From the NCBI GenBank assembly GCA_963833985.1, contig CAWIAD010000002.1, forward strand, positions 2,240,001-2,304,000: 64,000 nt of DNA, read 5' to 3'. The position numbers were made by a program, and so were the translations under genes. Below are positions 1-10,594 of the stretch, piece by piece (the first letter of the stretch is position 1; every line of letters starts with the position of its first letter). The stretch comes from an uncultured Planctomycetaceae bacterium. GTDB taxonomy: Bacteria > Planctomycetota > Planctomycetia > Isosphaerales > Isosphaeraceae. The notes under the pieces are model-generated. The model was not told the DNA's origin and ran no database searches. It saw only the letters and a program-made list of their open reading frames with translations.

Positions 1-2
1 GC

Positions 3-308
3 AAGAACGTGCTCATCGTCGACGACTTCACCATCTCCGGCGGCACCCTGATCGAGATGGCCATCGCCTGCAAGGAGCGCGGCTGCAAGGACGTCTATGC
101 GTGCGTCTCGCACGGCGTCTTCTCGCGCGGGTCGGCCGCCAAGATCGCCCACAGCCCCATCAAGGAGCTGGTCTTCACCGACACCATCGAGTACCGATTC
201 GAAGCGCTGCCCCCCTGCTGCAAGGTGATCAGCGTCGCCAGCCTCTTTGCCGACGCCATCATGTCCATCCACCGCCGTGAGAGTGTGAGCCGGCTCTTCA
301 ATTATTGA
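3..308 (+). CDS. prs: Ribose-phosphate pyrophosphokinase, C-terminal part (5' end outside window)
   Basis: PRPP-binding loop VLIVDDFTISGGT, ACVSHGVFS, FTDTI and C-terminal ESVSRLF, all typical of PRPP synthetases. Confidence 0.9.
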   Translation, partial: KNVLIVDDFTISGGTLIEMAIACKERGCKDVYACVSHGVFSRGSAAKIAHSPIKELVFTDTIEYRFEALPPCCKVISVASLFADAIMSIHRRESVSRLFNY

Positions 309-340
309 GCGAGCCGTCCCGGCGCGCGACGCGGGGGCCG

Positions 341-545
341 CTGGACGAAGGTGCTTCGATTTGATGGGGTCTCGCGGCGGTTCGCTCGGCACTCGATGCG
401 CTGGGTATCGAGCTGATGAGCCGGCATCTTCGGTCCTGCGTCCTCGGACATGGGGGTGGGGGCGAGCATGAGAAGGCGAAGCCGTTGACCAGGGAACAGC
501 TCGTCACCGAAGTGCAGGCGGTGCTCGCACGGTTCCTCAAGTCAC
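341..545 (+). pseudogene. Decayed CsoR/RcnR-family metal-sensing repressor (N-terminus missing, frameshifted, runs in frame into the ATPase)
   Basis: Reading across small indels gives [35 protein letters not shown]...QAVLARFLK, with the C...HxxxC metal-ligand pattern of CsoR. Confidence 0.7.
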
Positions 546-3136
546 GGCGGATCAAAAGGGCGGGCAAGGTGGAGACAACATTCATCGCACCGGGCATCTC
601 CTGCCAGGGCTGCGCGAACACCATCGAGAAGGCGCTGGGGGAGATCCCGGACGTCGCGAGCGTGCAGGTCGACGTGCCGGCGCGGCGCGTGACGGTGCGC
701 CATGATGAGCACGTGGGCCGCAAAACCCTCGAGGGTGCCCTCACCCGTGCCGGTTACCCCGTGGCGCCTGGCGATCAGGATCACGATCACCATCACGATC
801 GCCACGACCACCACGCCGACCGCGCTGCGGGGCCCGCGACGGCGGTCAGGGACCCGGTCTGCGGGATGCAGGTCGACCCGCGGGGGGCCGCGGCCAGCAG
901 CGAGCATGAGGGGACGACCTACCACTTCTGCTCGGCGTCGTGCCAGCGGAAGTTTGCTGCCGACCCCTCTGCGTATCTTTCGGCCGAGCCGAAAAAGTCC
1001 GTCGCCAACCCGGCCGGCGGCGGCCCTTACACGTGCCCGATGCATCCGGAGATCGTGCGGGACCAGCCCGGAAGCTGCCCCATCTGCGGCATGGCCCTGG
1101 AACCGATGACCGCGACCGGTGACGATGCGAACCCCGAGCTCGCGGAGATGAGTCGGCGGTTCTGGGTGAGCCTTGCGCTCAGCGCGCCCCTGCTTCTCCT
1201 ATCGATGGGCGAGATGTTCATCGGCCAGCAGTCCATCGCCCGCATCTTCCCCGGGCGCTCGCTCGCAGCGCTCCAGCTCGCGCTCGCGACGCCCGTGGTC
1301 CTCTGGGGCGGGTTGCCGTTCTTCCAGCGCGGCGCGGCCTCGCTGGCGAACCGCAGCCTCAACATGTTCACACTCATCAGCCTGGGCACGGGCGCGGCCT
1401 ATCTTTACAGCGTCGTGGCGACGCTCCTCCCCGGCATCTTCCCCGCGTCGTTTCGCGATCACCTGGGGAACGTCCCGGTCTACTTCGAGGCGGCCGCGGT
1501 CATCACGACCCTCGTGCTCCTTGGCCAGGTGCTCGAGCTGCGGGCCAGGAGCCGTACCTCGAGCGCCATCAAGGCCCTTCTGGGCCTTCAGCCCAGGACA
1601 GCACGGCGGCTTGCCGAGAGTGGCCGCGAGGAGGACGTGTCGATCGAGGAGGTCCAGGTCGGGGACCGGCTGCGCGTCCGCCCCGGTGAGCGAGTGCCGG
1701 TCGACGGCGCGGTCCTCGAGGGGACAAGTGCCGTCGACGAGTCGATGGTCACGGGCGAGCCGATCCCGGTCGAGAAATCCACGGCTGACCGGCTCATCGG
1801 CGGCACTGTCAACGGCACCGGAAGCCTTGTCATGCGGGCCGAGCGGGTGGGCTCGGAAACGATGCTGGCCCGCATTGTCAAGCTGGTGGGAGAGGCCCAG
1901 CGCACGCGGGCCCCGATTCAGCGCCTGGCCGATGTGGTCTCCGGGTATTTCGTCCCGGCCGTCATCCTGGCGGCCGTGCTCACGTTCCTGGCGTGGGCGA
2001 CATACGGCCCTGAGCCGCGGCTGGCCTACGCGCTGGTGAACGCTGTCGCCGTCCTCATCATCGCCTGCCCGTGCGCCCTGGGTCTCGCCACGCCCATGTC
2101 GATCATGGTCGGCACGGGCCGTGGAGCACTCGCCGGGGTGCTCATCAAGAATGCCGAGGCGCTCGAAGTCATGGAGAAAGTCGACACGGTGGTCGTCGAT
2201 AAGACCGGGACACTCACGGAGGGAAAGCCCCGGCTCAGCTCGGTCGTCGCCGCAACGGGACACGACGAGCAAGAACTGCTGAGACTTGCCGCGACGCTCG
2301 AGGCCGGGAGTGAGCACCCGCTGGCGGCTGCCGTCGCCTCTGGTGCTTCCCAGCGAGGAATTGTTCTCTCGCGGGCCGAGTCGTTTCGGTCAGAGACGGG
2401 AAAGGGCATCCTGGGGACCGTCGAGGGTCACTCCGTTGCGGTGGGCAATCGGCGGCTGATGGAGCAAGAGAACGTTCCTCTGGAGGATGTGCGCGAGAAG
2501 GCCGAGGCGTTGCGGGCCAGGGGCCAGACCGTGGCGTTTGTTGCGGTCGACCGCAAGATTGCCGGGTTACTGGGAGTTTCTGACCCGGTGAAGGATTCAG
2601 CACGCGAGGCCATTGCCGCGCTTCAGGGCGAGGGCTTGCGCGTGGTGATGCTCACCGGCGACACCCGGACCACGGCGGAGGCGGTCGCCAGGGACCTTGG
2701 CCTGGACGACGTCCGCGCCGAGGTGCTGCCGGAGGAGAAGGGACAGGTCATCGACGCCCTTCGTTCGGAGGGGCGAGTCGTCGCCATGGCCGGTGACGGC
2801 ATCAATGACGCGCCCGCCCTGGCCCGGGCCCAGGTTGGAATTGCCATGGGCACCGGCACGGACGTGGCGATGGAATCGGCCGGAGTCACTCTCGTCCGGG
2901 GAGACCTGCGCGGCATCTTGCGGACGATCCGCCTGAGCCGGGCCACGATGCGAAACATTCGCCAGAACCTCGCCTTCGCGTTCCTTTACAACCTGCTCGG
3001 CGTGCCGGTGGCCGCGGGCGTCCTCTATCCAGCCTTTGGCTGGCTCTTGAGCCCGATGATCGCGAGCGCCGCGATGACCCTGAGCTCGGTCTCGGTCATC
3101 TCCAACGCACTCCGGCTCCGCCACGTCGAGCTCTGA
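416..3136 (+). CDS. copA: Cu(I)/Ag(I)-type P1B ATPase with HMA, His-rich linker, YHS and YTCPMHP domains (true start may be GTG 569)
   Basis: [58 protein letters not shown] and MTLSS motifs. Confidence 0.93.
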   Translation: MSRHLRSCVLGHGGGGEHEKAKPLTREQLVTEVQAVLARFLKSRRIKRAGKVETTFIAPGISCQGCANTIEKALGEIPDVASVQVDVPARRVTVRHDEHVGRKTLEGALTRAGYPVAPGDQDHDHHHDRHDHHADRAAGPATAVRDPVCGMQVDPRGAAASSEHEGTTYHFCSASCQRKFAADPSAYLSAEPKKSVANPAGGGPYTCPMHPEIVRDQPGSCPICGMALEPMTATGDDANPELAEMSRRFWVSLALSAPLLLLSMGEMFIGQQSIARIFPGRSLAALQLALATPVVLWGGLPFFQRGAASLANRSLNMFTLISLGTGAAYLYSVVATLLPGIFPASFRDHLGNVPVYFEAAAVITTLVLLGQVLELRARSRTSSAIKALLGLQPRTARRLAESGREEDVSIEEVQVGDRLRVRPGERVPVDGAVLEGTSAVDESMVTGEPIPVEKSTADRLIGGTVNGTGSLVMRAERVGSETMLARIVKLVGEAQRTRAPIQRLADVVSGYFVPAVILAAVLTFLAWATYGPEPRLAYALVNAVAVLIIACPCALGLATPMSIMVGTGRGALAGVLIKNAEALEVMEKVDTVVVDKTGTLTEGKPRLSSVVAATGHDEQELLRLAATLEAGSEHPLAAAVASGASQRGIVLSRAESFRSETGKGILGTVEGHSVAVGNRRLMEQENVPLEDVREKAEALRARGQTVAFVAVDRKIAGLLGVSDPVKDSAREAIAALQGEGLRVVMLTGDTRTTAEAVARDLGLDDVRAEVLPEEKGQVIDALRSEGRVVAMAGDGINDAPALARAQVGIAMGTGTDVAMESAGVTLVRGDLRGILRTIRLSRATMRNIRQNLAFAFLYNLLGVPVAAGVLYPAFGWLLSPMIASAAMTLSSVSVISNALRLRHVEL

Positions 3137-3253
3137 GGCCGGAAGCCCTGGGGCCGCTCAAAGCCGCGCTCCCCACCGCTGGCCGTACCGTGGGGACGCA
3201 CGGATTGCTTGCCGGCCGAAGTGGGCTGGTGCGAGAACGGCATTCGCCTCCAT

Positions 3254-4630
3254 TCACGACTCGTTCGCCAGTAGGTCCATCCAGCCTCGCAGCGTCTTGA
3301 TCACGATCGGGTTGAAATCGGCGACAGCGCCGGCCATCGCGGCCTTGTATCGCTCCTCGGCCGAAGCCGCCTGGTGCATGGCATGGTCGATGCCGTCGAG
3401 CACACGGAATGTCCCCCGCCCAGGTTTCCTGGAGTTGACCAGGTCCACCAGCATGTGATGGTCGGCCTCGGTCGAGACGTAATCAGACTTGCCCCACATG
3501 GCGAGGACGTGGGCGTCGACCCTGGACCAGTATTCCGAGATCGGCAGCGCCGCGACCTGCTGCATGAACACCACGCTGCGGCCGTACACGTGCAAGCCAT
3601 CGGGGCTGAGGGCCTGCTGAATCTCGGTCAGTTCGGGATGCTCGCGGGCGATCTGCTTCGGTCCCTTCTTCTCGATGTAGAGGTAATGCAAGAAAGCAGC
3701 GAAGCTGCGCAGTTTGCGGTCGATGGCGGGATAGGGCGTTTTCGGCAGAATCGCCTGCCGGCGGCGATTCTCCAGTTCGTACTCGAACCAGGGTTTGAAC
3801 ACCGTGCCGTAGACTGCGATGTCCCTCACGGGTTCCTCGGCAGCCAGGATGGGTGCCCAGAGTCCGCCCAGGCTGTGTCCCAGCAGAAAGACCTTGTTCG
3901 CGTCCACGCATTCCAGATGCTTGAGCGTTTGCAGTGCCTGGCGATAGCCGTCGAGTTCGGTAAAGAAGTCAACATCCGCGCACGGCCCCCCCTCGCTGTC
4001 GCCGCAGCCTGGTTTTTCCACGCGGAGCGTGACGTAGCCCGCTCCGGTCAGGTCGTCGGCGATCCGCTTGTATTCCGCGGGCCAGCCGGGAGCGCTTTCG
4101 ACTGATGAGCAGCCAATTCCCTGGATGAAGAGCAGCGCGGGGTGTTTTCCCGCGGTATCAGGGCGGGTGACGATCGTGCGGAGCCTGTCCGAACTGCTGG
4201 CCACCTCACCATAGATCGTCTCGAATGTCTTGCTCGACTCGCGCGGGCGTTCTCGGAGCGGAACCTTGAGAGTCAGCTTCCGGGTCTCGCGGATCAGTTC
4301 CAGAGCAATCACGTCGCCAGCCTTCCGCGCCGAGATGGGTGCCACAGCCTGTGTCGGTGACATGACCTCAGCGCCGTTGATCGCCACCAGGACGTCTCCT
4401 GGCAAGATCCCACCGGCCTCGGCGGCCGAGCCCGGAATGACTTCGCGCACCTCGGCCCCGTTGTCCGTGGCCATCCTCTGCGTTGTCTTCGTCTCGACAC
4501 TCACGGGGCCGAGCTGGGCGCCGAAGAATCCGCGCCGCCTGAGCGGCTTCGGCGCCTCGTGCGCGCCGGCTCCGATCACGACAACGAGGACAGTCATCAC
4601 GATCGGCGCACACTTGAGAATCATACGCAT
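3254..4630 (-). CDS. Secreted PDZ-domain alpha/beta hydrolase
   Basis: Signal peptide, PDZ-like EVIPGSAAEAGGILPGDVLVAING, nucleophile GHSLG, GKSD and DH catalytic residues. Confidence 0.85.
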   Translation of the reverse strand: MRMILKCAPIVMTVLVVVIGAGAHEAPKPLRRRGFFGAQLGPVSVETKTTQRMATDNGAEVREVIPGSAAEAGGILPGDVLVAINGAEVMSPTQAVAPISARKAGDVIALELIRETRKLTLKVPLRERPRESSKTFETIYGEVASSSDRLRTIVTRPDTAGKHPALLFIQGIGCSSVESAPGWPAEYKRIADDLTGAGYVTLRVEKPGCGDSEGGPCADVDFFTELDGYRQALQTLKHLECVDANKVFLLGHSLGGLWAPILAAEEPVRDIAVYGTVFKPWFEYELENRRRQAILPKTPYPAIDRKLRSFAAFLHYLYIEKKGPKQIAREHPELTEIQQALSPDGLHVYGRSVVFMQQVAALPISEYWSRVDAHVLAMWGKSDYVSTEADHHMLVDLVNSRKPGRGTFRVLDGIDHAMHQAASAEERYKAAMAGAVADFNPIVIKTLRGWMDLLANES

Positions 4631-4671
4631 GCGATTACTCCCCGATGTGCAGATTGGGACTGGCGTCGCTG

Positions 4672-6031
4672 TCAGCGCAGAGGTTGCGTACCGGCACGCT
4701 CGGGAAACGGCTCGGCCTCATCTCGATCGGGCGTGTCTCCGGGCATGGGAAGATAGTGCCGCAGGGCCTCGGCGGACGAGGCGGGCGGGCGGCCTTGCTG
4801 TCGTGTGAAAAGCGGCACGGCGACCGCCTCCGCGAGCCGGCCCAGGGACCAGCGGTCGATCCGCTCCCCGTTTTCCAGTTCGCCCATGCGCCAGGGCATT
4901 CCGGGGTTGATCAGGCTCGAGTCGACCCACCGGGCCAGCCCGTCGGCCGGGAGGGCCTGCGCGGCCGGCGGCGTGGACGGGTCGGCCTGGTAGATCCGCA
5001 GCCGCGGTTCCGCGAAACGCGGCCGCTCCGAGGCCGGTCGGTCGCACCAGGCCAGGTCATTCGCGGCCAGCAGGCGGAGCACCCGGCGGGACCGCTCCGG
5101 CTCACCTCGGAGGAACGCGTCCAGCTCCGGAGCGATGAGCGAGAGCTCACTTCCCGCGACATCGGTGCGATGCCGCGCCCGCTCGGCAATCAGCGGTTGC
5201 AGGTTCTTCGAGCGACTCTTCCAACACCTGGTATTCTCCCCTGTAGAACTGCGACAGGGGTGGCGTGAGGGCCCTGGCGACTGCCAGGTCGTCGAGGGCC
5301 TGGCGCAGCAGCGCGACGCTGACCGAGGGATCCTGCGCCCAATCGGAGACGGGTTCGCGCGCGTACTGGACCAGGATGAGGGCCGTGGTCCGGCACCAGG
5401 CTGTCGGCACGGCACGCTCCATGTCCCGGCTGGCGCGGACGACAGCCCTCAGCAAGGCCCAGGCACCGGCGGGATCACCCTCGGTGCGCAGCCGCCCGGC
5501 CTCGAAAAGCGCGGCGTCGCCGATCCACGACAGTTGCCGTATGACCTCCTGCCTTGCTGTGAGGGCCAATGCGCCCGTGGGACGATGCGGAAGCTCGATA
5601 TACGCATCGGGACGTTCCGATCCAGCACGCAGGAGAGAGATCGCCTCTCGGTGCTCGCCAACCCAGCCGCGGAGCACGGCGTCAGCCCCGGACCAGTGGA
5701 GGTTGGCCCTGGAAAAGGACGTCTGCTCGGCGTTGCTCAGGTCGCGGGACCGCTCGACGGCCTGGCGATAGAGCACGAAGGCGTTGCGGTCATCGGCAGC
5801 TCCGGCGGTGGATCCGGAAGCGGTCACTGCGAACGTGTCCCCCACATCCGGAAGTCCGGCAAGCTGCGATCGACGCCAGAGCAGCGCCAGGATCGGCAAT
5901 GCGATCAACGCGTACAGGAGTAGAAGCCCGAGCCGCCGTCGGCCTCGTGTCCGCTCGATGGCCCGCAGCGGAAACAGCAAGGCCGCGGTGATGGACCACT
6001 CTTTGCGCGAGGGGACCGGCTCCGTGCTCAT
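4672..6031 (-). CDS. Hypothetical membrane-anchored protein, frameshifted near 5200
   Basis: N-terminal TM helix (LGLLLLYALIALPILALLW) then LPDVGDTF; ORF 5147-6058 continues plausibly into ORF 4672-5415 (LQPLIAERA...). Confidence 0.6.
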
Positions 6032-6242
6032 CGCGAGACGTCCTCCCAGGCGGTTCACCGGTCGGAAGCGTTGTTTGCTCGCCGACGCGCATTGTCTGGG
6101 AATGATCCGGGACGATCAAGCTCGCCGATCGTTGCTGTCGAACAGGGGCCTTGCCCAGACGTGGACCCGGCAACGGCCGTCTGAAACGGCTGGCAGGCTG
6201 TGCCGCAGCAGTCATCTGGCCAGCCTCTTGTTGCAAGGAGAG

Positions 6243-6614
6243 TCACATGGTCTTGTGAAAGAGCGCGGCGATGCCGAAATACGGTACGGCGAACGGATAG
6301 GCGAGTATGCCCCCCAGGTTCAAGTGGGTGTGAGCGACGCCGTGCAAGCCTCGATTCTTTCCCATGACCTGGGTGCTGACCTGGGCCGCGGGCAGCCTCG
6401 TTCCATGACGCATCGGTGTCGCAGTCACGGCAACAACTGAGGTCACGGTCGCCTGGGCCAAAGGGAGCGAGCGTACGTGTTGCGGCGGTACATGGGCGAG
6501 ATGGGCCGCCACTCCTGCCCCCGGGTGCGTCCCGGCCGGGTAAGTGGGGGCCAGTAACGTCAGGAGACGGCGCCCTTCGAGCTGGTGGACCGACGGGCGC
6601 AGAGATCGAGCCAT
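6243..6614 (-). CDS. Small planctomycete protein with N-terminal LExRxLL motif
   Basis: MARSLRPSVHQLEGRRLLT matches the planctomycete extracellular leader motif; GAGG RBS upstream. Confidence 0.6.
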   Translation of the reverse strand: MARSLRPSVHQLEGRRLLTLLAPTYPAGTHPGAGVAAHLAHVPPQHVRSLPLAQATVTSVVAVTATPMRHGTRLPAAQVSTQVMGKNRGLHGVAHTHLNLGGILAYPFAVPYFGIAALFHKTM

Positions 6615-6800
6615 GGGCAGTCCTCTTGTTTGGTGGCGGCGCAGAACCCGTGTCGCGGTGGCCTGACCTCCACGTTCGACCTGAGATCATCGGGAGTTCC
6701 TGACCGAGACTTGAATGGGATCGAGAAATGCAAACGGATACTTGCTCACGGGCCGCGTGCACAAGCGCGGTACAGGCCGGTCCCATCACACTGGCCTCGG

Positions 6801-7460
6801 TCAATAGAGCCACGGGATCAGCCGCCAGGTGCGGGCGCGGTAGGCGTCGTACTCACTTCCGAACGTGGTGCCCAGAAGCGACTCCTCGGCCCGCATGCGA
6901 GCGACCAGCGGCGGAATGAGAAGCGCCGTGAGCACCAGGCCGACGCCGGAGCGGAAGGCAAGCGCCCAACCCACGCAATAAATCAGCAGCCCGAGGTAGC
7001 TGGGGTTGCGGATGGTGGAGTAGAGGCCGGTGGTCACCATAGTATGGCCGGGCTGGATGGCGACGAGTCCGCTGAACCGGCGGCCGAGCACGAACACGGG
7101 CCAGATGCGCAGCGCTCCGCCAGCGGCCAGCAGGATGACGCCGACCCAGCGGATGCTCTCTCCATCAAGCGTCCAGAACTCCTTCCTGTCGGTGTAGGCC
7201 GGCAGGTAGGCGGAAAGCAGCCCGATGAGCCCGAAGGCCACGAAAACCCAGCGGTTGGCGCGATCCTCGCGCTCGCCCGGGCTGACATTGCCCGGCGAGA
7301 AAAGGGCGATGACGGCCATCGTGCAGACCGCGACCGAGAGCACGATCAGGGCCGGGTGGGAGAAGAAGGCCGCGAACCCTCCCCAGCCGAGGACGGCGAG
7401 CCCAAGATAGGCCAGGGTCGACACGATGGTGAAGACTGCCAGTCTGGGTGTGATTGCCAT
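6801..7460 (-). CDS. Isoprenylcysteine carboxyl methyltransferase / PEMT family membrane protein
   Basis: Multiple TM helices, TTGLYSTIRNPSYLG, EESLLGTTFGSEYDAYRARTWRLIP. Confidence 0.88.
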   Translation of the reverse strand: MAITPRLAVFTIVSTLAYLGLAVLGWGGFAAFFSHPALIVLSVAVCTMAVIALFSPGNVSPGEREDRANRWVFVAFGLIGLLSAYLPAYTDRKEFWTLDGESIRWVGVILLAAGGALRIWPVFVLGRRFSGLVAIQPGHTMVTTGLYSTIRNPSYLGLLIYCVGWALAFRSGVGLVLTALLIPPLVARMRAEESLLGTTFGSEYDAYRARTWRLIPWLY

Positions 7461-7831
7461 TGCCAGGTCTCGTGGTACCACAGAGGCAGAAAGCACCCAC
7501 AATACGCCTCTCAAACGGGCTAGGTGTCGGCGTTTTCGACCATCGAGGCGAGTTGATCATGCGCCTTGGTGGGCGAGCGGTCGAGATCAGAGTATGGGCG
7601 CACGCTCGGTCCGGCTGGTCCGCCCTTGTCAAGGAGTCTCACGAGTCGCCATGGGAATGAACGGACGAGTGCACAAAATTTAGAACATTCTGAAATACCT
7701 GTTGCATCGGACGAATCGCGAGGGCCAGAATGTGCGCAGCCTCTACAGACGCCTGACCCGCATGTTTGCTGGAGGTCAAAATGTGCATGCGTAACACATC
7801 GCGGCCCGAAGCCGGAATCGCGCGGCCCGCC

Positions 7832-8952
7832 ATGTCTTCACCACGGCTCCCCTCGGCTCGTTTGGCGACGACATGGGCTTGCCTCTTCATACTGTCGACA
7901 CAGAGCGGATGCGCCAAATCGGCGGTCCCCTGTCCGGGCGAATCGTTTGATGCAGGACCGGTGTTCGTGACGTCCACCAACCTGATCAGGCATCGCTTCG
8001 AGGTTACGAACACGACTGACTGTCTCGTCAGGATCCTTGGGAAGACCCAGTCGTGCTCCTACACCGCTGCAAACCTGCCCCGAGAAACCCTGAAGCCGGG
8101 TGAGTCCGCTTGGCTTGACGTTGAAGTGCGCGTGCCGGATGGGTATGCGCGACTTGCTCCGGCGATTCTTATCAATACCGATCATCCGAGCTACCCCGAA
8201 TGGCGGTATCAAATAAGGGCGGAGGTTTTCCCGACCTCGAGGATTGATCCGCCGGTCGTGGATCTCGGCGTCAGGTCCCCGGGGAGGGTGGCGCCCGAGG
8301 GCAGCGGGGGCGGCACCGAAACTCCCCAGCACGCCTGGCTTGAGTGCTTTGCCCCCGACGGGGCGTCGCCCCCGTTACCTGTGCGGATCGAGTGCCGAGG
8401 GGGGGGTTAATCCCGTCACTCGCTAGGGATCCCGTCGTCGAGGTGCTCGGCGGAGGGGTACGCAGGGCGCGTTACCGCATCACCTTCCGCCTGGAGGAAG
8501 GGGACGGCGTCGCGCGCACTCATGTGCAACCTCTTGTTGTCTTGACGAGCTTCGGCCCTCCTGCTTCCGCAAATGTCACCTGGGTCGATGGAGGACCCCT
8601 CTCGATAAACTCGAGCGCTGTCCACTTCGGAATGATCCAACCCGGCGTTCGATCAGTTCGGAGAACTCTGGTCGTGTCATCATCTGGCACGACGGAATTT
8701 CGGCTCTTGGCTGCCGATGGCGGTAAGCCTGGCGTTCGGGTTTGCCTGCCCTCTGTCGATCGCGGTGGCTCGGAGCCCGCGCTGACCCACGACCTGGAAC
8801 TGGTTCTTTCGGTTCCGGAGCTTGCCCCCAAGGGGCTTGCCGTCTCCGGAATTGCGCACTTGAGGACTGACCTGGCATCCGCCAAGGAGATTGAGATCCC
8901 CTGGTCGGCATTCTTCCGCGCCGCTCAGGCCGAACGCATTCGTGGCGAGTGA
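7832..8952 (+). CDS. DUF1573 (Ig-like) domain protein, frameshifted in the G-run at ~8399-8407
   Basis: HRFEVTNTT..VRILG..QSCSYTAA..LKPGESAWLDV DUF1573-like signature; second ORF 8344-8952 carries further Ig-like segments (VHFGMI); start uncertain. Confidence 0.7.
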
Positions 8953-8989
8953 CGTTTGACGTGTCCATTTCATGGAAAGGGATTGAGTT

Positions 8990-9373
8990 ATGCGTACTTC
9001 CAAGAGTCTCTTTGTCACGCTATGTGCATTCGTTGTGTTCACCTTCGAGGGGACCATCGCCGGGTCTCAGAACAACATGGCTTGCGTGATGTTTCACACG
9101 GGGTGTCAAGGATACACCTGCTACTCGGTGGGCGACTCCACGTGCACTGACCAAAATGGCGTCCAGCACAACTGGAACCGGATGACGCAAGGTAACGGGA
9201 CTGGCTTCTTGCTGGGGACCTGCCAGCCGGGAAGTGGGAATTGCAACATGGCCACGTTTCCGTGCAACGTGCAGAAATATTGGAACACAAGGTCTAAAGA
9301 CGAGATTTGCGATCAGACAACGTTCCAGTGCACGGACGCTGGGTCGGCCGGTCCGGGATGCAAGGGGAGTTGA
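8990..9373 (+). CDS. Small secreted cysteine-rich protein
   Basis: Hydrophobic signal peptide, 10 Cys in the ~100 aa mature region, purine-rich RBS upstream. Confidence 0.75.
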   Translation: MRTSKSLFVTLCAFVVFTFEGTIAGSQNNMACVMFHTGCQGYTCYSVGDSTCTDQNGVQHNWNRMTQGNGTGFLLGTCQPGSGNCNMATFPCNVQKYWNTRSKDEICDQTTFQCTDAGSAGPGCKGS

Positions 9374-9503
9374 TCTTGAAGGGCGCGGTTGAGAACCGTC
9401 GCCAGGAACGCTCGAAGCAGTCATGTGAGCGGCCCCTACCGCTGCTGGTCACTGAGCGGACGGCGCCGCTTGCTGAGCCTCTGAGTGGAAAGGCGCGTGA
9501 ACA

Positions 9504-10594
9504 ATGCAGATTGGAACCTTCCTCCTCGCTTGCGCGTGGGTGTCGGTTGCGAGCGCTGACGACTCGGACCTCGTTTCCGCGGTACGCACGGCCTACGCGG
9601 CGAACCGGGTCGCCATGCCTTTTGGCACCTTGAAATTCGAGTTCGCGGTAGGCTATGCGGCCGGCATCGACGCGGTGCGCAGGGGTGAGCTCTCAAAAAA
9701 GATCGCCCGCGAGGGATCATACTTCTACGACGGATCGATGCCCGGTTCGAGCTGGTTTACAGCGACGAGGAGATGGACCGGTTCAGCACGAACGTGCAGT
9801 CCCGTCGCGTTCTGACCAACGGACGCCTCACGCTCTGGGACCACATCGATCTCGACCCCCAAGAGCGGAAGCGGCGCCATTCAGCGCAGATTGACGCGGG
9901 GACACGCGTCTTCTTCCATTACGTCCTTTGCCCGCTCGACCTGGGAAATCCCCAACCCCAGGGGTATGACATGGGGTACAACTTGGACACCGCTCTGAAA
10001 CCAGGCGAGTGGAACGTTGCCGTGGCCCCGGACGCAGTCTACACCGATGGCTCTCCGACGGTTCACCTTGTGATGACCGATTCCTCTGGTTTTGCTCGGC
10101 ATTACTGGGTGGACGTCGAGCGAGGGGCCATGCCTCGGGAGGTCCGCGACGTCCCCAAGGAGGGCATGGGCATGCGCATCTGCTACGACGACCTGCACCG
10201 TGTCAACGACGTGGCCTGGCTTCCTTTCAAGATGACAATTTATGATGACGCGGGCTTTACAAAGCAACTGGTGGTTCGCGAGGCGAGTTTTAGCAAGCAC
10301 CCCGTCCGCAAAGATTTCTCTCTCGAATTCCCCGAGCCAGAGCCCATGATTAACTCGGCCGCGCTTGTTCATTACGCTCCACAGAAGGTCTGGGACCTTG
10401 AGAAGCTGCCAGCGCCCGGGTCTCGGGGGGCGCACCGGATCACTCTCGTGGAACCCTCAGTGGCTGTACCTGATGCACCCGCTGACGGCGGGGCCGGACT
10501 CGGTATGATCCTGGCCTACGCAATAACCTTAATTGCCATTATCATTGCAGCCACGGGCGTTCGAGTCTGGGGGAAGCGACGCCATGGTCCTTAG
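9504..10594 (+). CDS. Exported protein with C-terminal TM anchor, frameshifted near 9735
   Basis: Signal peptide MQIGTFLLACAWVSVASA; joins ORF 9773-10594 (YWVDVERGAMP, WLPFKM; LolA-like-fold style) ending in a TM helix and basic tail; overlaps the next gene. Confidence 0.65.
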
